DNA of 64,000 nt, taken from assembly GCA_963736005.1 (NCBI GenBank), contig CAVTNB010000001.1, forward strand, positions 64,001-128,000, in the 5' to 3' direction. Below are positions 19,424-30,284 of this stretch, piece after piece. The stretch is from an uncultured Pseudomonadota bacterium (GTDB taxonomy: Bacteria > Vulcanimicrobiota > Vulcanimicrobiia > Eremiobacterales > Eremiobacteraceae). A program made the translations under genes and the position numbers. The notes under the pieces are model-generated. The model was not told the origin of the DNA and did not search any database. It saw only the letters and a program-made list of their open reading frames with translations. Position 1 is the first letter of the stretch. Each line of letters opens with the position of its first letter.

Positions 19424-20764
19424 ATGTCGGTTAAGCTAAAGAAAAAGCGAATGGAATTCACGCAAACAAACTCTGCTTCTTCCAGGCCAGACGCGATCGT
19501 CATCGGCGCGGGGATGGCAGGTGTCACTGCGGCGCGAGCACTTACGCGCGCAGGGCTGCGCGTTCTCATCCTCGAGGCCAGGCGCAGACTTGGCGGACGC
19601 GTCTACACGCTACGCGATTTTTGCAGTGCACCGGTCGAAGCGGGTGCAGAATTCATCCACGGAAGAACGGCGCAGACTTGGCCGGACGTGCGAGCGGCAA
19701 ATCTTGGCGTGCGACCCAGCCCTCACAAGCGCGACGTGATGATGAACGTCGGCGATGGGGCGCGCTGGCTGCCCGCTGTTTTGGTAAGCCCCGAGGTGTG
19801 GCCGGCGTTTAGCATCCTGCGCCAGCTGGCTCACGCCGCATCCGAACACGATGACCTTTCAGCGGCGCAGTTCATCAAGCGACAAGGGTATCGAGGGCGG
19901 GCTCGCACGCTTGCGGAGATGGTCCTCTCCTCCCACTTGCCAGGAGACCTGGAGGACATTGGCATCCACGGCTTTGTGGCCGATGGCGTGCTTAAGCTCG
20001 AGACAGGCAACGACTACCGCATCGGCGCCGGATACGATCGCCTGGTCGAGCACATTGCTCAGGGGCTCAAGATTGAATATGGTTTCGTGGTGAGCGCAAT
20101 TGAGTGGTCAACGGAGGGTGTGACGGTCGGGTCGACGGATGGCCGCACGGTCGCGGCGGGCGCCGCTGTCTTGACGCTGCCAGTCGGCGTACTGCAAGCA
20201 GGCTCGATCCGGTTCACTCCCAATCTGCCTACGTGCAAAAGCCTGGCGCTCGAAGGCGTCATCATGGGATCAGTCGTCAAGGTGCTGCTCCTTTTCGAGG
20301 AGTCATTTTGGCCGCGGCGGTTGTCGGCGCTGTTCTGTGGCATTGGACCGGTGACGCTCTATTGGAATGTCTTCTACGCGTCGACATCGGGATCGCCGGT
20401 CCTGTGTGCGTACTGCACTGGTTCCCGCGCCGTGGCCCTCAGCCGGGTGAGCGAAGAAGAAGCGGTCAATCGTATCATCGGGGATTTGCGCAACAGCTTC
20501 CCCAAAGCAGCGCCTCGGCTTGCCGCTTGGCGCCGCATCGATTGGGGCAACGACCCTTTCGCACGCGGCGGGTATTCATTCTTACGCCCAGGCGCCGCTG
20601 GAGCGCGGGCTCAACTTGCTGCCGCGTCTACTGGGAACCTTTTCTGGGCTGGTTCGGAGACGGCCACGCTGCCGATCGCCGCTACCGTTGAAGGGGCCTT
20701 TACGAGCGGGCTGCGAGCTGCCGAGGATGTGTTGCGAGCTTTTGGTGAACGTTTGAAATGCTGA
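19424..20764 (+). CDS. Flavin monoamine oxidase family protein
   Basis: GAGMAG, EARRRLGGRV, WGNDPFARGGYS, AGSET..TVEGAFTSGLRAA. Confidence 0.92.
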   Translation: MSVKLKKKRMEFTQTNSASSRPDAIVIGAGMAGVTAARALTRAGLRVLILEARRRLGGRVYTLRDFCSAPVEAGAEFIHGRTAQTWPDVRAANLGVRPSPHKRDVMMNVGDGARWLPAVLVSPEVWPAFSILRQLAHAASEHDDLSAAQFIKRQGYRGRARTLAEMVLSSHLPGDLEDIGIHGFVADGVLKLETGNDYRIGAGYDRLVEHIAQGLKIEYGFVVSAIEWSTEGVTVGSTDGRTVAAGAAVLTLPVGVLQAGSIRFTPNLPTCKSLALEGVIMGSVVKVLLLFEESFWPRRLSALFCGIGPVTLYWNVFYASTSGSPVLCAYCTGSRAVALSRVSEEEAVNRIIGDLRNSFPKAAPRLAAWRRIDWGNDPFARGGYSFLRPGAAGARAQLAAASTGNLFWAGSETATLPIAATVEGAFTSGLRAAEDVLRAFGERLKC

Positions 20765-20790
20765 GCGAAGGATGCTCGTGATGGAGAAAG

Positions 20791-21234
20791 ATGCCGACTG
20801 ACTTTCGAGATGGAAAGACATTCCCGCGCCGAGGTCGAGAGGCGCTCGGCGAGTTCTTATGGTTGGCTCGAGTCTTCGATAAGGCGCGGGCCAAGATGAA
20901 CCGAACGCACGACGGCTACATCTACCCATGTCCTATGGATCGCGCGATGATGCGGCGCTGGCGCATCAGGCCGAGCGAATTCACTGCCGCAATCGATGAG
21001 CGCCCAACCGACGAACTCATCCTCGCATGGCTGTCCCAACGCGTCACTTCGGACAAGATTCGAGAGGCCAACGACTGGCTGTTGCGCCAAAAGTTTGCAC
21101 TGGATCGACAGGACGCGGAGGAAGGCGTACCAGGCGCGGTCGCGCCCAAAGTACCGTCGGAAATCATCGTCGGTCTTGTCGTCGCTATGCTGATGCTGTT
21201 GGCAGCTTGGCTCGCGCGGGTATTGCACGGCTAA
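20791..21234 (+). CDS. DUF5069-like protein with C-terminal TM
   Basis: WLARVFDKARA..YIYPCPMD..LDRQDAEEG. Confidence 0.75.
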   Translation: MPTDFRDGKTFPRRGREALGEFLWLARVFDKARAKMNRTHDGYIYPCPMDRAMMRRWRIRPSEFTAAIDERPTDELILAWLSQRVTSDKIREANDWLLRQKFALDRQDAEEGVPGAVAPKVPSEIIVGLVVAMLMLLAAWLARVLHG

Positions 21235-21254
21235 GCGAGCAAAGAGAGCTACAC

Positions 21255-21770
21255 ATGGACGTCTTCGAGGAGAAGCCAGAAACGGAGCTCGGGCGCGCGC
21301 TCTTTGAAGAGCTGGTTTGGATCCATGGTGTGATCCGCCGAGATCTTGCAACCGTGCGCCAGCTCGCAGCCGACGTGGTGACAAACATGCCCGCGCACCA
21401 AGTGTCCGCCGAAATCAAAGACCTCAAACGGGATAGCAAGCTATGGCAGCTCAAGGTGGGATGTCTTCGCTATTGCCGATTTGTTCACTCGCACCACAAC
21501 ATTGAAGACGCTGCCTTTTTCCCGTCTCTGCGAGCAGCCAATCCGGTGCTCAATCCAGTGGTTGACAAACTAGAGGACGACCATCGCAAGGTTTCCGACT
21601 TATTGGATGCCGTAGAAGAAGGTGCTGACGTGCTCACTAAAATTGACAGCGATGCGGTGCGGCGCAGCCTCGCCGACACGTTGACCGTGCTCGGCGAACG
21701 TCTCCTCGAGCATCTCGACTATGAGGAACTGAACGTAGGTCCGACATTGCGTCGGATGCAAGGAATCTAA
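21255..21770 (+). CDS. Hemerythrin (HHE) domain protein
   Basis: H..., HHNIED, DH, HLDYEE motifs. Confidence 0.85.
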   Translation: MDVFEEKPETELGRALFEELVWIHGVIRRDLATVRQLAADVVTNMPAHQVSAEIKDLKRDSKLWQLKVGCLRYCRFVHSHHNIEDAAFFPSLRAANPVLNPVVDKLEDDHRKVSDLLDAVEEGADVLTKIDSDAVRRSLADTLTVLGERLLEHLDYEELNVGPTLRRMQGI

Positions 21771-21900
21771 ACCGCCAAACGACTCGCCGAGAAATACAGG
21801 TGGCCATCCGGGCGCGTCGAAATCGCCCGCCTCCTGGAAGGCGAACCGGCACATTCTAGCACCGGTCGTCATCTTAACTGTCCGAGAAGGAAGGCAGATC

Positions 21901-22206
21901 ATGCCCATAACTGTGCAAGACTCAGTGGCCGTAGCTCCGCATATTTACAGGGTCCTCTTCGAAAACGAGCGAGTCCGTTTGCTCGAAGTGCGGATGAAGC
22001 CGGGCGACAGTTCAGCGATGCATACGCACCCCGCGTACGCCATATATCCACTCAGCGACGCCAAAGCAACGTTTACTTCCCCGGATGGGGAAAGCGTGGA
22101 AGTGGAGATGAAAGCCGGCGAAACGCTCTGGCACGAGGCGGAATCACACGCTGTTGAAAACCATGGGCCCAGCGAAGCCCGAGTAATTCTGTTTGAGCTA
22201 AAGTAA
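21901..22206 (+). CDS. Cupin domain protein
   Basis: FENERVRLL..MHTHP..HAVEN. Confidence 0.85.
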   Translation: MPITVQDSVAVAPHIYRVLFENERVRLLEVRMKPGDSSAMHTHPAYAIYPLSDAKATFTSPDGESVEVEMKAGETLWHEAESHAVENHGPSEARVILFELK

Positions 22207-22255
22207 CGACACATCGTGCCTCGAGGAGACGATCGGAAACGGTCGTCTCCCTATT

Positions 22256-23811
22256 TTGGCGTTGAGCGATACAACCCGGCCCGAGAGCGATCGTCTCGCG
22301 GCACTAGGCTACCGGCAAGAACTCTCGAGAGTGCTCTCACTCTTCGACAACTTCTCCGTTGCCTTCAGCTACCTGAGCCCGATGGTCGGGATCTACTCGC
22401 TCTATACGTTGGGTCTAGGCACCGGCGGACCGCGTTACATCTGGACGATTCCCCTCGTCGTCTGCCTGATGATGCTGGTCGCCTTGGTGTTCGGCGAGCT
22501 TTCCAGCGAATATCCGCTCTCGGGCGCGCTCTATCAATACGGCAAGTACAACGTCGGGCCGCGCTACGGCTGGTTCATCGGTTGGATCTACGGCTTTGCG
22601 CTGCTTGCGACCGTGGCGTCCGTCGATTCGGGCGCCGTCGGATACGTTGCGTCGCTCTCGAATATTTGTTTCAGGACGCACCTGGACCCCGCGAAGCACA
22701 TGACGATCTTCGTCATCACTGGCGCTATCATCGTCCTCTCGGCGATCTTGAACTCCGTCGGTGCCAAAATCATGGGTCAGGTCGCGCGCTTCGGCGTGTA
22801 CGTAGAGACGATCGGCACTTTCGGCGTGTTCATCGCGCTGGCGATCGCCGGCTTTCACCAGGGTTTGGGTTTCATCTTCTCGTCGCAGAACGTCGAGTAT
22901 CTCAAAAACAACCCACTGGGCGTGAACTTCGGCAGGAGACTGGTGGACGGGTGCGGCGCTCGTTGCGGTGCTCGCCAACGTCTACATCTTCTACGGCTTC
23001 GAATCGGCTGGTGACATCTCCGAGGAGACCGTCGACGCGCAGCGTCAGGTTCCCAAGGCCATGCGCAACGCGCTGCTGTATGGCGGCATCGCGTCGTTCG
23101 TCTTGGTGCTTGGCTTGCTTCTGGCGACGCCGGCGTCCGGGATCGGCGGTGTCGTGTCCGGCGGCATCAACGTCATTCTCTCGGTCCTGCCGGGTTGGCT
23201 CCAGGACTTTTTCCTCGTCATGGTCATCGTCGCGTTCTTCAGTTGCGGCACCGCCGTTCAGGGTGCCGGTTCCCGCGTGGCGTTCGCACTCGCTCGCGAC
23301 GGAGCGCTGCCGTTCAGCGATAAGATAAAGAAGATCTCGGAGCGCTGGCACACACCGGCCAACGCGATTTTGGTGGGAACGATCGTTCCGTTTCTTTTCT
23401 TGCTGCTCGTCCTTGTGAATCCAAATAAGGTCGGTTCACATCTTGTGGTTCGACTATCCGGCAAACGTCAACGCGCTCTACGCCCTGGTCTCGTTCGCTA
23501 CCTCGGGCATTTACCTCGCCTTTTTCCTTACGGTCTTCGGAGCGTTTCTCGCCCGGCGTCGGGGATGGAAGCCGAGCGGCAGCTTCACGCTCGGTACATG
23601 GGGCATGCCGGTAACCATCGCCGGTGCCCTGTACTTGCTGCTGATGCTGGCGAACATCGTCTGGCCGAGCTCGCTTGCGAGCGGCCGCGCAATTTTCAAT
23701 TACGGCTGGGTGACGCTCTTGGTCATGGCGGTCATTGTAGCCATAGGAGCCACGTACGAGGCAATCGCACGACCCGACCGAAATGTCGCGCAACACCGGA
23801 TCGAGAGGTAA
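22256..23811 (+). CDS. APC-family amino acid permease (two frameshifts, near 22934 and 23435)
   Basis: LGYRQELSR, GFESAGDISEET, ALARDGALPFS across ORFs 22256..23014, 22968.. and 23443..23811. Confidence 0.88.
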
Positions 23812-23835
23812 GGCCAGCATCGGCCGGATTGGAGG

Positions 23836-24144
23836 ATGGTCATGAAAACGACATGGAAGCCGCACGAGAAGCACGGGCGACTGACAAAGCAAAGCGACTT
23901 GCCCGACAGCGTGTTCGCTTTCCCCAAACAACGCAAGGAACCCATGACTGATGCGACCCACGTGCGCACGGCCATGGCCCGCATGGATCAGGTGAAAGAC
24001 GTTTCAGCCGCTGATCGCGATCTTGCGTTCGCCAATATCAAGAAAGCCGCCGAGTATTACGGCATCAAGTTGTCCGAAACGTCGTGGCGTGACGTCGGCG
24101 TGCATCCGCAAACCATCACAGCCGCGAGAAAAAAGCGCAGGTAG
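23836..24144 (+). CDS. DUF6582-like protein
   Basis: LPDSVFAFPKQRKEPMTDATHVRTAMAR; GGAGG RBS. Confidence 0.75.
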   Translation: MVMKTTWKPHEKHGRLTKQSDLPDSVFAFPKQRKEPMTDATHVRTAMARMDQVKDVSAADRDLAFANIKKAAEYYGIKLSETSWRDVGVHPQTITAARKKRR

Positions 24145-24148
24145 GGAT

Positions 24149-24835
24149 TTACGTTGTCTTCATGATCGCACCAAAGGTGCGGACGAGTTCGTAGAGCTCG
24201 TAGGGATCACCGGTTTGGCCAACGGGTCCTATTGTCTGCATTGCCGCTGCGGACTCGCGAAACGCGGTCAAGCTGTCCTTGTGGTCCCAGCGATGCATGA
24301 GATAGCTGCGGAGTCCATCATCCATGACGAACAAGGCCGCACCGACAAATCCATCCGGCCGCGTTTTCTCGATGAGGGTCAATACTTCGGCAGCTCTTGA
24401 GGCGCTGAGGTTGAGTCTCTCGATTGCCAAGACGGTATGCGATCCTGGGGTGATCGTCGGATCGCCCCTAATGGCGGTGACACGGCATAAGGAGAGATCG
24501 CGCTTTTCCACGGCTTCGCGATGTTCGCGTTCGAGATGATGCTCATCCCAGGCATGCTGGAGCTTAGCGTACGCGTCATGCCCCGTGATCCAAACAAACG
24601 TCGCAACGCGGCGTTTGTGTCGCGATACGAAGATCGCAGCTGCTTGCACGTCCACTTCTTTGCCGAGCAACTCGATCAGCGTCTCGCTGGCGGCGATAGC
24701 AGCATCAGCACGATCGCTTCGCACGTGGATGAGTTCAACTGCCGTCCATTCGGTCGGCCCTGCGCGCAGCACCAGCGGTGGACCACCTGCTCGGTGGTCG
24801 ACTGGCGTATGTGCGCGCGTCTTTCGGCTACTCAT
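24149..24835 (-). CDS. Hypothetical protein, tandem ABM-like dimeric alpha+beta barrel
   Basis: Two similar halves each ending in a W-containing strand; follows the protease gene closely. Confidence 0.55.
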   Translation of the reverse strand: MSSRKTRAHTPVDHRAGGPPLVLRAGPTEWTAVELIHVRSDRADAAIAASETLIELLGKEVDVQAAAIFVSRHKRRVATFVWITGHDAYAKLQHAWDEHHLEREHREAVEKRDLSLCRVTAIRGDPTITPGSHTVLAIERLNLSASRAAEVLTLIEKTRPDGFVGAALFVMDDGLRSYLMHRWDHKDSLTAFRESAAAMQTIGPVGQTGDPYELYELVRTFGAIMKTT

Positions 24836-24848
24836 GAGTCTCCCTGCC

Positions 24849-25937
24849 CTAGCGTGCCAGCGCCAACCGTTGCAGTAGTCCCTCGCGCGTGATGAAACCT
24901 ACGACTGCGCCCGTCTTGTCAATGATCGGAAGCTGATGATAACCACTCTGCGCCAGAACACTCAGTGCCTGCATCGAATCGCTCTCCGGTGAGACACTCT
25001 TGATCTTTTCGACCGTCGTCATCAGCGAAGCCACAGGTGCGTCGGGAGAGCTCGCGTGAGCGCGCGCGAGATCCGTAAGCGTGATGATGCCGAGCAGCCG
25101 GCCATTTTGTACCACTGCCGCCGCACGCTGCCCGCTGCGCAACAGCTCTTCAGTGGCAGCGCGCGCGCTCGTGTCTGGTGAGAGCGGTGGAGGCGGTGCG
25201 GTCGCGACCGCACCGGCCGTCTGACCACCCAGCGTCATGCCGAGTTCGGACTGATACGCCTCTGCCCGCCCTGCTTGGTAGAGGAACCAGCCGATCAGCG
25301 CAATCCACAGGCCGTTGAAGAAACCACCACTGAACGACATGAAGATTCCAAGGACGACCATAAAGAGCGCGATGGTCTGGCCGATCGCGACCGCTACCCG
25401 GGTTGCGCGGCGACGATCGCCGGTTGCGCGCCAGATGAGCGAGTGGAGCACCTTGCCGCCATCGAGCGGGTACGCGGGCACAAGATTGAAGATCGCGAGG
25501 ACTCCATTCGCCCACGCGAGATAGCCGGCTGCGAGGCCCGTCGCCGAATGCGTGCCGAGGGCTTGAGCGACGAAATAGAAGAGCGCTGAGATAGCGAGAC
25601 TGGTAAGTGGTCCAACAAACGCGATCCATCCCTCGCCGGTTGCGCTCTCGAAATCACCGCCAATCTGCGAAACGCCGCCGAAGATGAACAACGTGATGCG
25701 CGAGACCGGTAACCCACGCATGCGCGCCGTCACCGAGTGTGCCAACTCATGCGCGAGCACGCTCGCAAAAAACAACAACGTGGTGAGGATGCCGAGCGCC
25801 GCGCGCTCGCCCGCAGATAAACCGGCTGACCTCAGCGGGCCGACGTCGCTGCTGAGCAGCCACGCGACGAGCACGAAGATGAGGAACCAGCTCGGGTCGA
25901 TGTAGATGTCGATGCCGAAGATGCGAGCAACGCGCAT
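24849..25937 (-). CDS. Site-2 (M50) membrane metalloprotease with CBS pair
   Basis: HELAH, FNLVPAYPLDGG, C-terminal CBS motifs. Confidence 0.93.
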   Translation of the reverse strand: MRVARIFGIDIYIDPSWFLIFVLVAWLLSSDVGPLRSAGLSAGERAALGILTTLLFFASVLAHELAHSVTARMRGLPVSRITLFIFGGVSQIGGDFESATGEGWIAFVGPLTSLAISALFYFVAQALGTHSATGLAAGYLAWANGVLAIFNLVPAYPLDGGKVLHSLIWRATGDRRRATRVAVAIGQTIALFMVVLGIFMSFSGGFFNGLWIALIGWFLYQAGRAEAYQSELGMTLGGQTAGAVATAPPPPLSPDTSARAATEELLRSGQRAAAVVQNGRLLGIITLTDLARAHASSPDAPVASLMTTVEKIKSVSPESDSMQALSVLAQSGYHQLPIIDKTGAVVGFITREGLLQRLALAR

Positions 25938-26088
25938 GCCCGGACAATTACATCCTTTGGGTTTTACTCCTAGGTCGCGCAAACATGAGCAAACAAGGGC
26001 TTCCTGGGGGGATTGACGGCTTTGCTAGCATAGAAGGTACTCACATTCGTCTGTTGGAGACTACCAATGACCGCTCAGCCGCAAAGTT

Positions 26089-26676
26089 GTGTCCAGGACA
26101 GAATCGATCATCCCCGGTTTGCAAGGCGGTAAAGCCATTCCAGCATCGCACGTTGTCGATTGGCGCTATTTTTTCCAGCTCGACAACGAGGTCGTTCCTC
26201 AAGCAAGTCGGCGCATTGGGCCGACCATGGCCCATGCGTTGCTTGACCTGCCCGAAGCCATGGTCGGTGCGGCAGAGGTGCCGGAATATCACTCGCTTGC
26301 GTGTCGCGATCTCCTTCGCGGGCGCGCTCTGAACTTGCCTTCGGGTGAAGCGGTCGCACGCTTCTTAGGTGTTCCGGTCCTTACGTCGGAACAAATCCAA
26401 CTAGATCGATTTGGTTGGAGAAACGAAACACCGCTGTGGTATTACATCTTAAGAGAGGCGGAAGTTCTGGCCAACGGCCAGCACCTGGGGCCAGTCGGCG
26501 GGCGCATAGTGGCAGAGGTGCTTGTGGGTCTCATTGATGACGATCCGCTGTCGTATCGAAAAGCAGATCCGAATTGGACGCCCGCGTTCGTGCGCTCCGC
26601 CTCGGACGATTTCACCATTGAGACCTTGATAAGGTTCACGCGACTGGCTCACGCTGGAACGAGGAGTCGGAATTGA
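26089..26676 (+). pseudogene. C-terminal fragment of bacterial heme peroxidase (peroxidase-cyclooxygenase-like)
   Basis: SLACRDLLRG..LPSGE..TPLWYYILREAE..LGPVGGRIVAEV; N-terminal half absent. Confidence 0.7.
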
Positions 26677-27278
26677 TATCGCGCGGGTTTCTGGGCCGTC
26701 GCAGGCCGGCAGAAGTAGAGAACCGCCTCCCGCCGGGGCAGTATCTTGTCACCGATTTCCCTGTGCTTTCTGCGGGGCCAACGCCCCATACGCCACTCGA
26801 TCGATGGTCGTTCACGATGGAAGGGCTCGTTGAATCACCCGCGAGCTGGAGTTGGGAAGAGTTCCGCAAACTGCCCAAGCAGACTTTTACGGTCGACATT
26901 AGTTGCGTCACGAAATGGACCAAGCTGGACACGAGATGGCTGGGAGTTAGCCTCGACACGCTGCTCGAGGCGGTCAAGCTCAAGCCAAACGCCCGCTACG
27001 TGATGGCCTTCAGTGATGGCGGTTATACCACCAATATTCCGCTCGACGAAATGGTGAAAGGCCAAGCCTTTGTCGCTTATGTGTTCGACGACAAGGAGCT
27101 TGCGCCTGAACACGGTGGCCCTGCTCGGCTTGTTGTTCCTCACCTCTATTTCTGGAAGAGCGCGAAATGGGTCCGCGGTCTGCGCTTCATGGAACAGGAC
27201 AAAGCTGGGTTTTGGGAATCACTGGGCTACAACATGCATGGCGATCCCTGGAAAGAGGAGCGCTATAGCGGAGACTGA
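26673..27278 (+). CDS. Sulfite oxidase-like molybdopterin oxidoreductase
   Basis: RLPPGQY, DISCVTKW, EHGGPARLVVPHLYFWKSAKW. Confidence 0.92.
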   Translation: MISRGFLGRRRPAEVENRLPPGQYLVTDFPVLSAGPTPHTPLDRWSFTMEGLVESPASWSWEEFRKLPKQTFTVDISCVTKWTKLDTRWLGVSLDTLLEAVKLKPNARYVMAFSDGGYTTNIPLDEMVKGQAFVAYVFDDKELAPEHGGPARLVVPHLYFWKSAKWVRGLRFMEQDKAGFWESLGYNMHGDPWKEERYSGD

Positions 27279-27281
27279 CGG

Positions 27282-28022
27282 ATGCAGCCTCTTCTCGAAT
27301 GGCAGGTCGGCAAGGTCACAGCGATTCATCCTGAAACGTCGCAAACCAAAAGCTTGACGTTGATGCTTCCTAAGTGGATGGCGCACCAGCCGGGTCAGCA
27401 CTATGACGTTCGTCTGACGGCTCCGGATGGATACCGAACGGAGCGCAGCTATTCTGTGGCATCCGAGCCGGAGCGCGTGGGCGAGATCGAGTTGACCGTT
27501 GAGCGGATTTCAGACGGTGAGGTATCGCCCTATCTCGACGATGTCATTATGGTCGGCGACCAAATCGAAGTTCGCGGACCCATCGGCGGATATTTCGTCT
27601 GGAATGTTGCTCTTGGCGGCCCATTAATGCTCATCGGCGGAGGGTCGGGAATCGTGCCACTGATGGCGATGCTCCGTCATCGCTCAGCGCAGCAATCCAC
27701 GATTCCGACGCGCCTACTGTATAGCACGCGAACCCCGGACGACGTGATTTACAAAGGCGAACTCGACCGGCTGACAGATGGTGGCACCAATCTGGAGGTT
27801 GCATTCACGTTCACTCGCCAGGCGCCGGCGGGCTGGACCGGGTATCGTCGTCGAATCGATGCCGCGATGTTGAGCCAGGTCATGGGGCCACTTGGAGCAG
27901 ACGTGCGCACCTACGTTTGCGGACCGACACTGTTGGTCGAAGCAGTTGCCGATACGCTCGTTCAGATGGGGCTACAGCCACAACGTATTAGAACCGAGCG
28001 TTTTGGCCCGACGGGAAAGTGA
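27282..28022 (+). CDS. Ferredoxin reductase (FNR-like FAD/NAD-binding)
   Basis: RSYSVAS, GEVSPYL, GGGSGIVP, YVCGP, ERFG. Confidence 0.92.
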   Translation: MQPLLEWQVGKVTAIHPETSQTKSLTLMLPKWMAHQPGQHYDVRLTAPDGYRTERSYSVASEPERVGEIELTVERISDGEVSPYLDDVIMVGDQIEVRGPIGGYFVWNVALGGPLMLIGGGSGIVPLMAMLRHRSAQQSTIPTRLLYSTRTPDDVIYKGELDRLTDGGTNLEVAFTFTRQAPAGWTGYRRRIDAAMLSQVMGPLGADVRTYVCGPTLLVEAVADTLVQMGLQPQRIRTERFGPTGK

Positions 28023-28032
28023 GGAAAAGAAT

Positions 28033-28323
28033 ATGTATGAGGAAGACGCGGATATGAATACAGCCTTGATGCTGGACGGCAATGCGGTTGCAGGTGAGTT
28101 GCAGCAGATTTTTGGCCGAGATATGACGGTGGCCGTTGCGAGGTGCTCGGCATGCGCGACTGATGCCGACCTAGGAGCTCTAATGGCCTTTACGCGCGGG
28201 CCAGGCATCGTCTTGCGATGCCCGGTATGTGGAGCTGCGATTGTGCGAGTAGTCCAAACCCCCACCTCGCATTATGTCGACGCGCGCGGTGCCATGTATA
28301 TGCGCCTCGAACGCCTGCCTTAG
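28033..28323 (+). CDS. DUF6510-like CxxC protein
   Basis: LDGNAVAGEL..CSAC..GPGIVLRCPVC. Confidence 0.8.
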   Translation: MYEEDADMNTALMLDGNAVAGELQQIFGRDMTVAVARCSACATDADLGALMAFTRGPGIVLRCPVCGAAIVRVVQTPTSHYVDARGAMYMRLERLP

Positions 28324-28333
28324 CCTACTGGCG

Positions 28334-28744
28334 TCATTTCAGTTCGCAATTGACCATCCAGTCGATGCCGTATTTGTCAGAGAGCATCCCAAACATGGCG
28401 CCCCAGAACGATTTCTCTAATGGCACTTCGATCTTACCGCCTTTGGACAGAGCATCGAACAGGCGCTTTGCCTCGTTCACATCTTTTGTTGCGAGGCAGA
28501 GTGAGATAGCGCCCATCCCATATTGCGTGGTCGGCTGAGCGTCAGATGCCATAAATTTGACTGCGGGCGCACTAAAGGTGGAGTGCATTATCCTCTCGCC
28601 CATCTCGGCTGGCAGGCCCATATCTCCCGGCGCATCCTTCCATCGCGTCACTTCGCTGATTTCACCACCGAAAATGCTCTTATAAAAATTGAGGGCCTCT
28701 TCGCATTTGCCGCCGGTAATAAAAAGATACGGCTCGAAATCCAT
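28334..28744 (-). CDS. VOC/PhnB family protein
   Basis: PYLF..CEEALNFY..FWGAMFGMLSDKYGIDWMV. Confidence 0.92.
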   Translation of the reverse strand: MDFEPYLFITGGKCEEALNFYKSIFGGEISEVTRWKDAPGDMGLPAEMGERIMHSTFSAPAVKFMASDAQPTTQYGMGAISLCLATKDVNEAKRLFDALSKGGKIEVPLEKSFWGAMFGMLSDKYGIDWMVNCELK

Positions 28745-28896
28745 GATGTTCTCCCGTTGGACGAATTAAGGGACGAGCGGGTTCTGCGCCCCACCGGCGG
28801 TCGCCTCCCTGCGATTCCAACGCGACAACCCAAACCGCTGCCGACGCCAATTTTAACGGGGTGATCCAACCTGTGCGCCACAGCGTATAGAACACC

Positions 28897-29412
28897 ATGC
28901 GAAGTATTATCCTGACGTTAGCTACTCTTGTTTCGGTTGGTTGGCTCAGCGCGATCCAGTCGCCCGCGGGCGCAGGTGGATCCGATCTCGCGCCGCTGTA
29001 CACTGCCGGCACTTGGCTCAATGGATCGGCGTCGCAGGCGTCGCTGAGCGGCAAAGTGGTCATTGTGGACGTGTTCACATTCGACTGCATCAACTGCAAA
29101 CATGTCGTTCCCAATTTGCGCCGCCTGAACGCCGAACAGAACCCACGCACCTTTGCCATCGTCGGCGTGCATGCGCCGGAGACGCCTTACGAAGCGAATC
29201 TAGAAAACGTCAAAACAAATCTTGTTGCTCAAGGAATCAGCTGGCCGGTCCGAATCGATAATGATTTCACCGTGTGGCATGACTATGGAATCGAATACTG
29301 GCCGACGCAGTTGATTTTCGATCGTCATGGGCGACTTCGCAAGACGGTGATTGGCGAGGGCCAAGACGATCTCGTTAACGCGACGGTTCAAAGCTTGCTG
29401 AACGAACGATGA
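28897..29412 (+). CDS. Exported thioredoxin-like redoxin (DipZ-like)
   Basis: Signal peptide, TFDCINC, GVHAPE, YWPT. Confidence 0.88.
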   Translation: MRSIILTLATLVSVGWLSAIQSPAGAGGSDLAPLYTAGTWLNGSASQASLSGKVVIVDVFTFDCINCKHVVPNLRRLNAEQNPRTFAIVGVHAPETPYEANLENVKTNLVAQGISWPVRIDNDFTVWHDYGIEYWPTQLIFDRHGRLRKTVIGEGQDDLVNATVQSLLNER

Positions 29413-30095
29413 GGTTCCGTGGCAGCATGCCCGCTGTTGTGCTGGCGGCCGGCCTCGCATTGGCTGGTGCGGTGCTTGCGGCGCCGCGAACTCAAACCGA
29501 GACGAAGTTGCAGCTTGTCGTCAGCAAGTGGGACTCAACCTTCGCCGCGGGAGGCAGCATTCCAAGCGCGCGCAAGTATTTGTTACGCATCCTTGGCAGG
29601 CCGGGCGAGTACGTAACGTTGAGCGCAGGAGGATTGGCGCGCGCCTGGGTTGTGTCGTTCTGCACGCCGACCGTCTGCGCGCCATTTCACCTATCGCTTC
29701 AACTGCCGCAAAGTGGTGAGTTTGATATCGAACTCCAAGTCATTCCGCCGGATTCGGCACGGCGCCTCAAGGCACAGGTAACTCTTGGCGCACTCGCTGC
29801 AAATTCGCGCGTGACGTTATTGGCGTCCACTTTGCCGAGTGACGCGCCTACGTTCTGCACGTGTCGCCGTACGTCATCATCGCTATCGCGATCATCGGCG
29901 TGGTGGTATCGTCGTTCATCGAGCGCAAGAGAGCACAGCCCGTCAACTAGCGGTCACCACGGGGCTGAATCATCTGGGTGGCTTCGGTCTCGTGAACCGC
30001 TCGACTTGATCGCCGCAACAAAAACCATCACAAACGCCAGGAACGCCTGTGCCGCAAACACACGCCCTACGAAGCCAAATTCGTTATGCCCATGA
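29409..30095 (+). CDS. Secreted hypothetical protein; true 3' end uncertain (possible frameshift near 29840)
   Basis: Signal peptide and FCTPTVC; low-quality tail that overlaps an opposite-strand ORF. Confidence 0.5.
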   Translation: MRFRGSMPAVVLAAGLALAGAVLAAPRTQTETKLQLVVSKWDSTFAAGGSIPSARKYLLRILGRPGEYVTLSAGGLARAWVVSFCTPTVCAPFHLSLQLPQSGEFDIELQVIPPDSARRLKAQVTLGALAANSRVTLLASTLPSDAPTFCTCRRTSSSLSRSSAWWYRRSSSAREHSPSTSGHHGAESSGWLRSREPLDLIAATKTITNARNACAANTRPTKPNSLCP

Positions 30096-30193
30096 AGCCA
30101 GTTTACAAGACCCTCACCAACCACCATCAGCAGGGCGATCAGGAACAGGCACCCGGAAACTTCCGAAACTTTCGCCCAGTCTAACCGCGTCAA
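29954..30193 (-). CDS. Small membrane protein
   Basis: 79 aa, two TM segments. Confidence 0.55.
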   Translation of the reverse strand: MTRLDWAKVSEVSGCLFLIALLMVVGEGLVNWLHGHNEFGFVGRVFAAQAFLAFVMVFVAAIKSSGSRDRSHPDDSAPW

Positions 30194-30284
30194 CCTTCAC
30201 CCTTATGGTACATCGCTACGTCTCCTATTGGCCAGGGGCCGAGCACGCAGAGGGTGATAAGGCGATGGTCCGCAATTCCATTGG

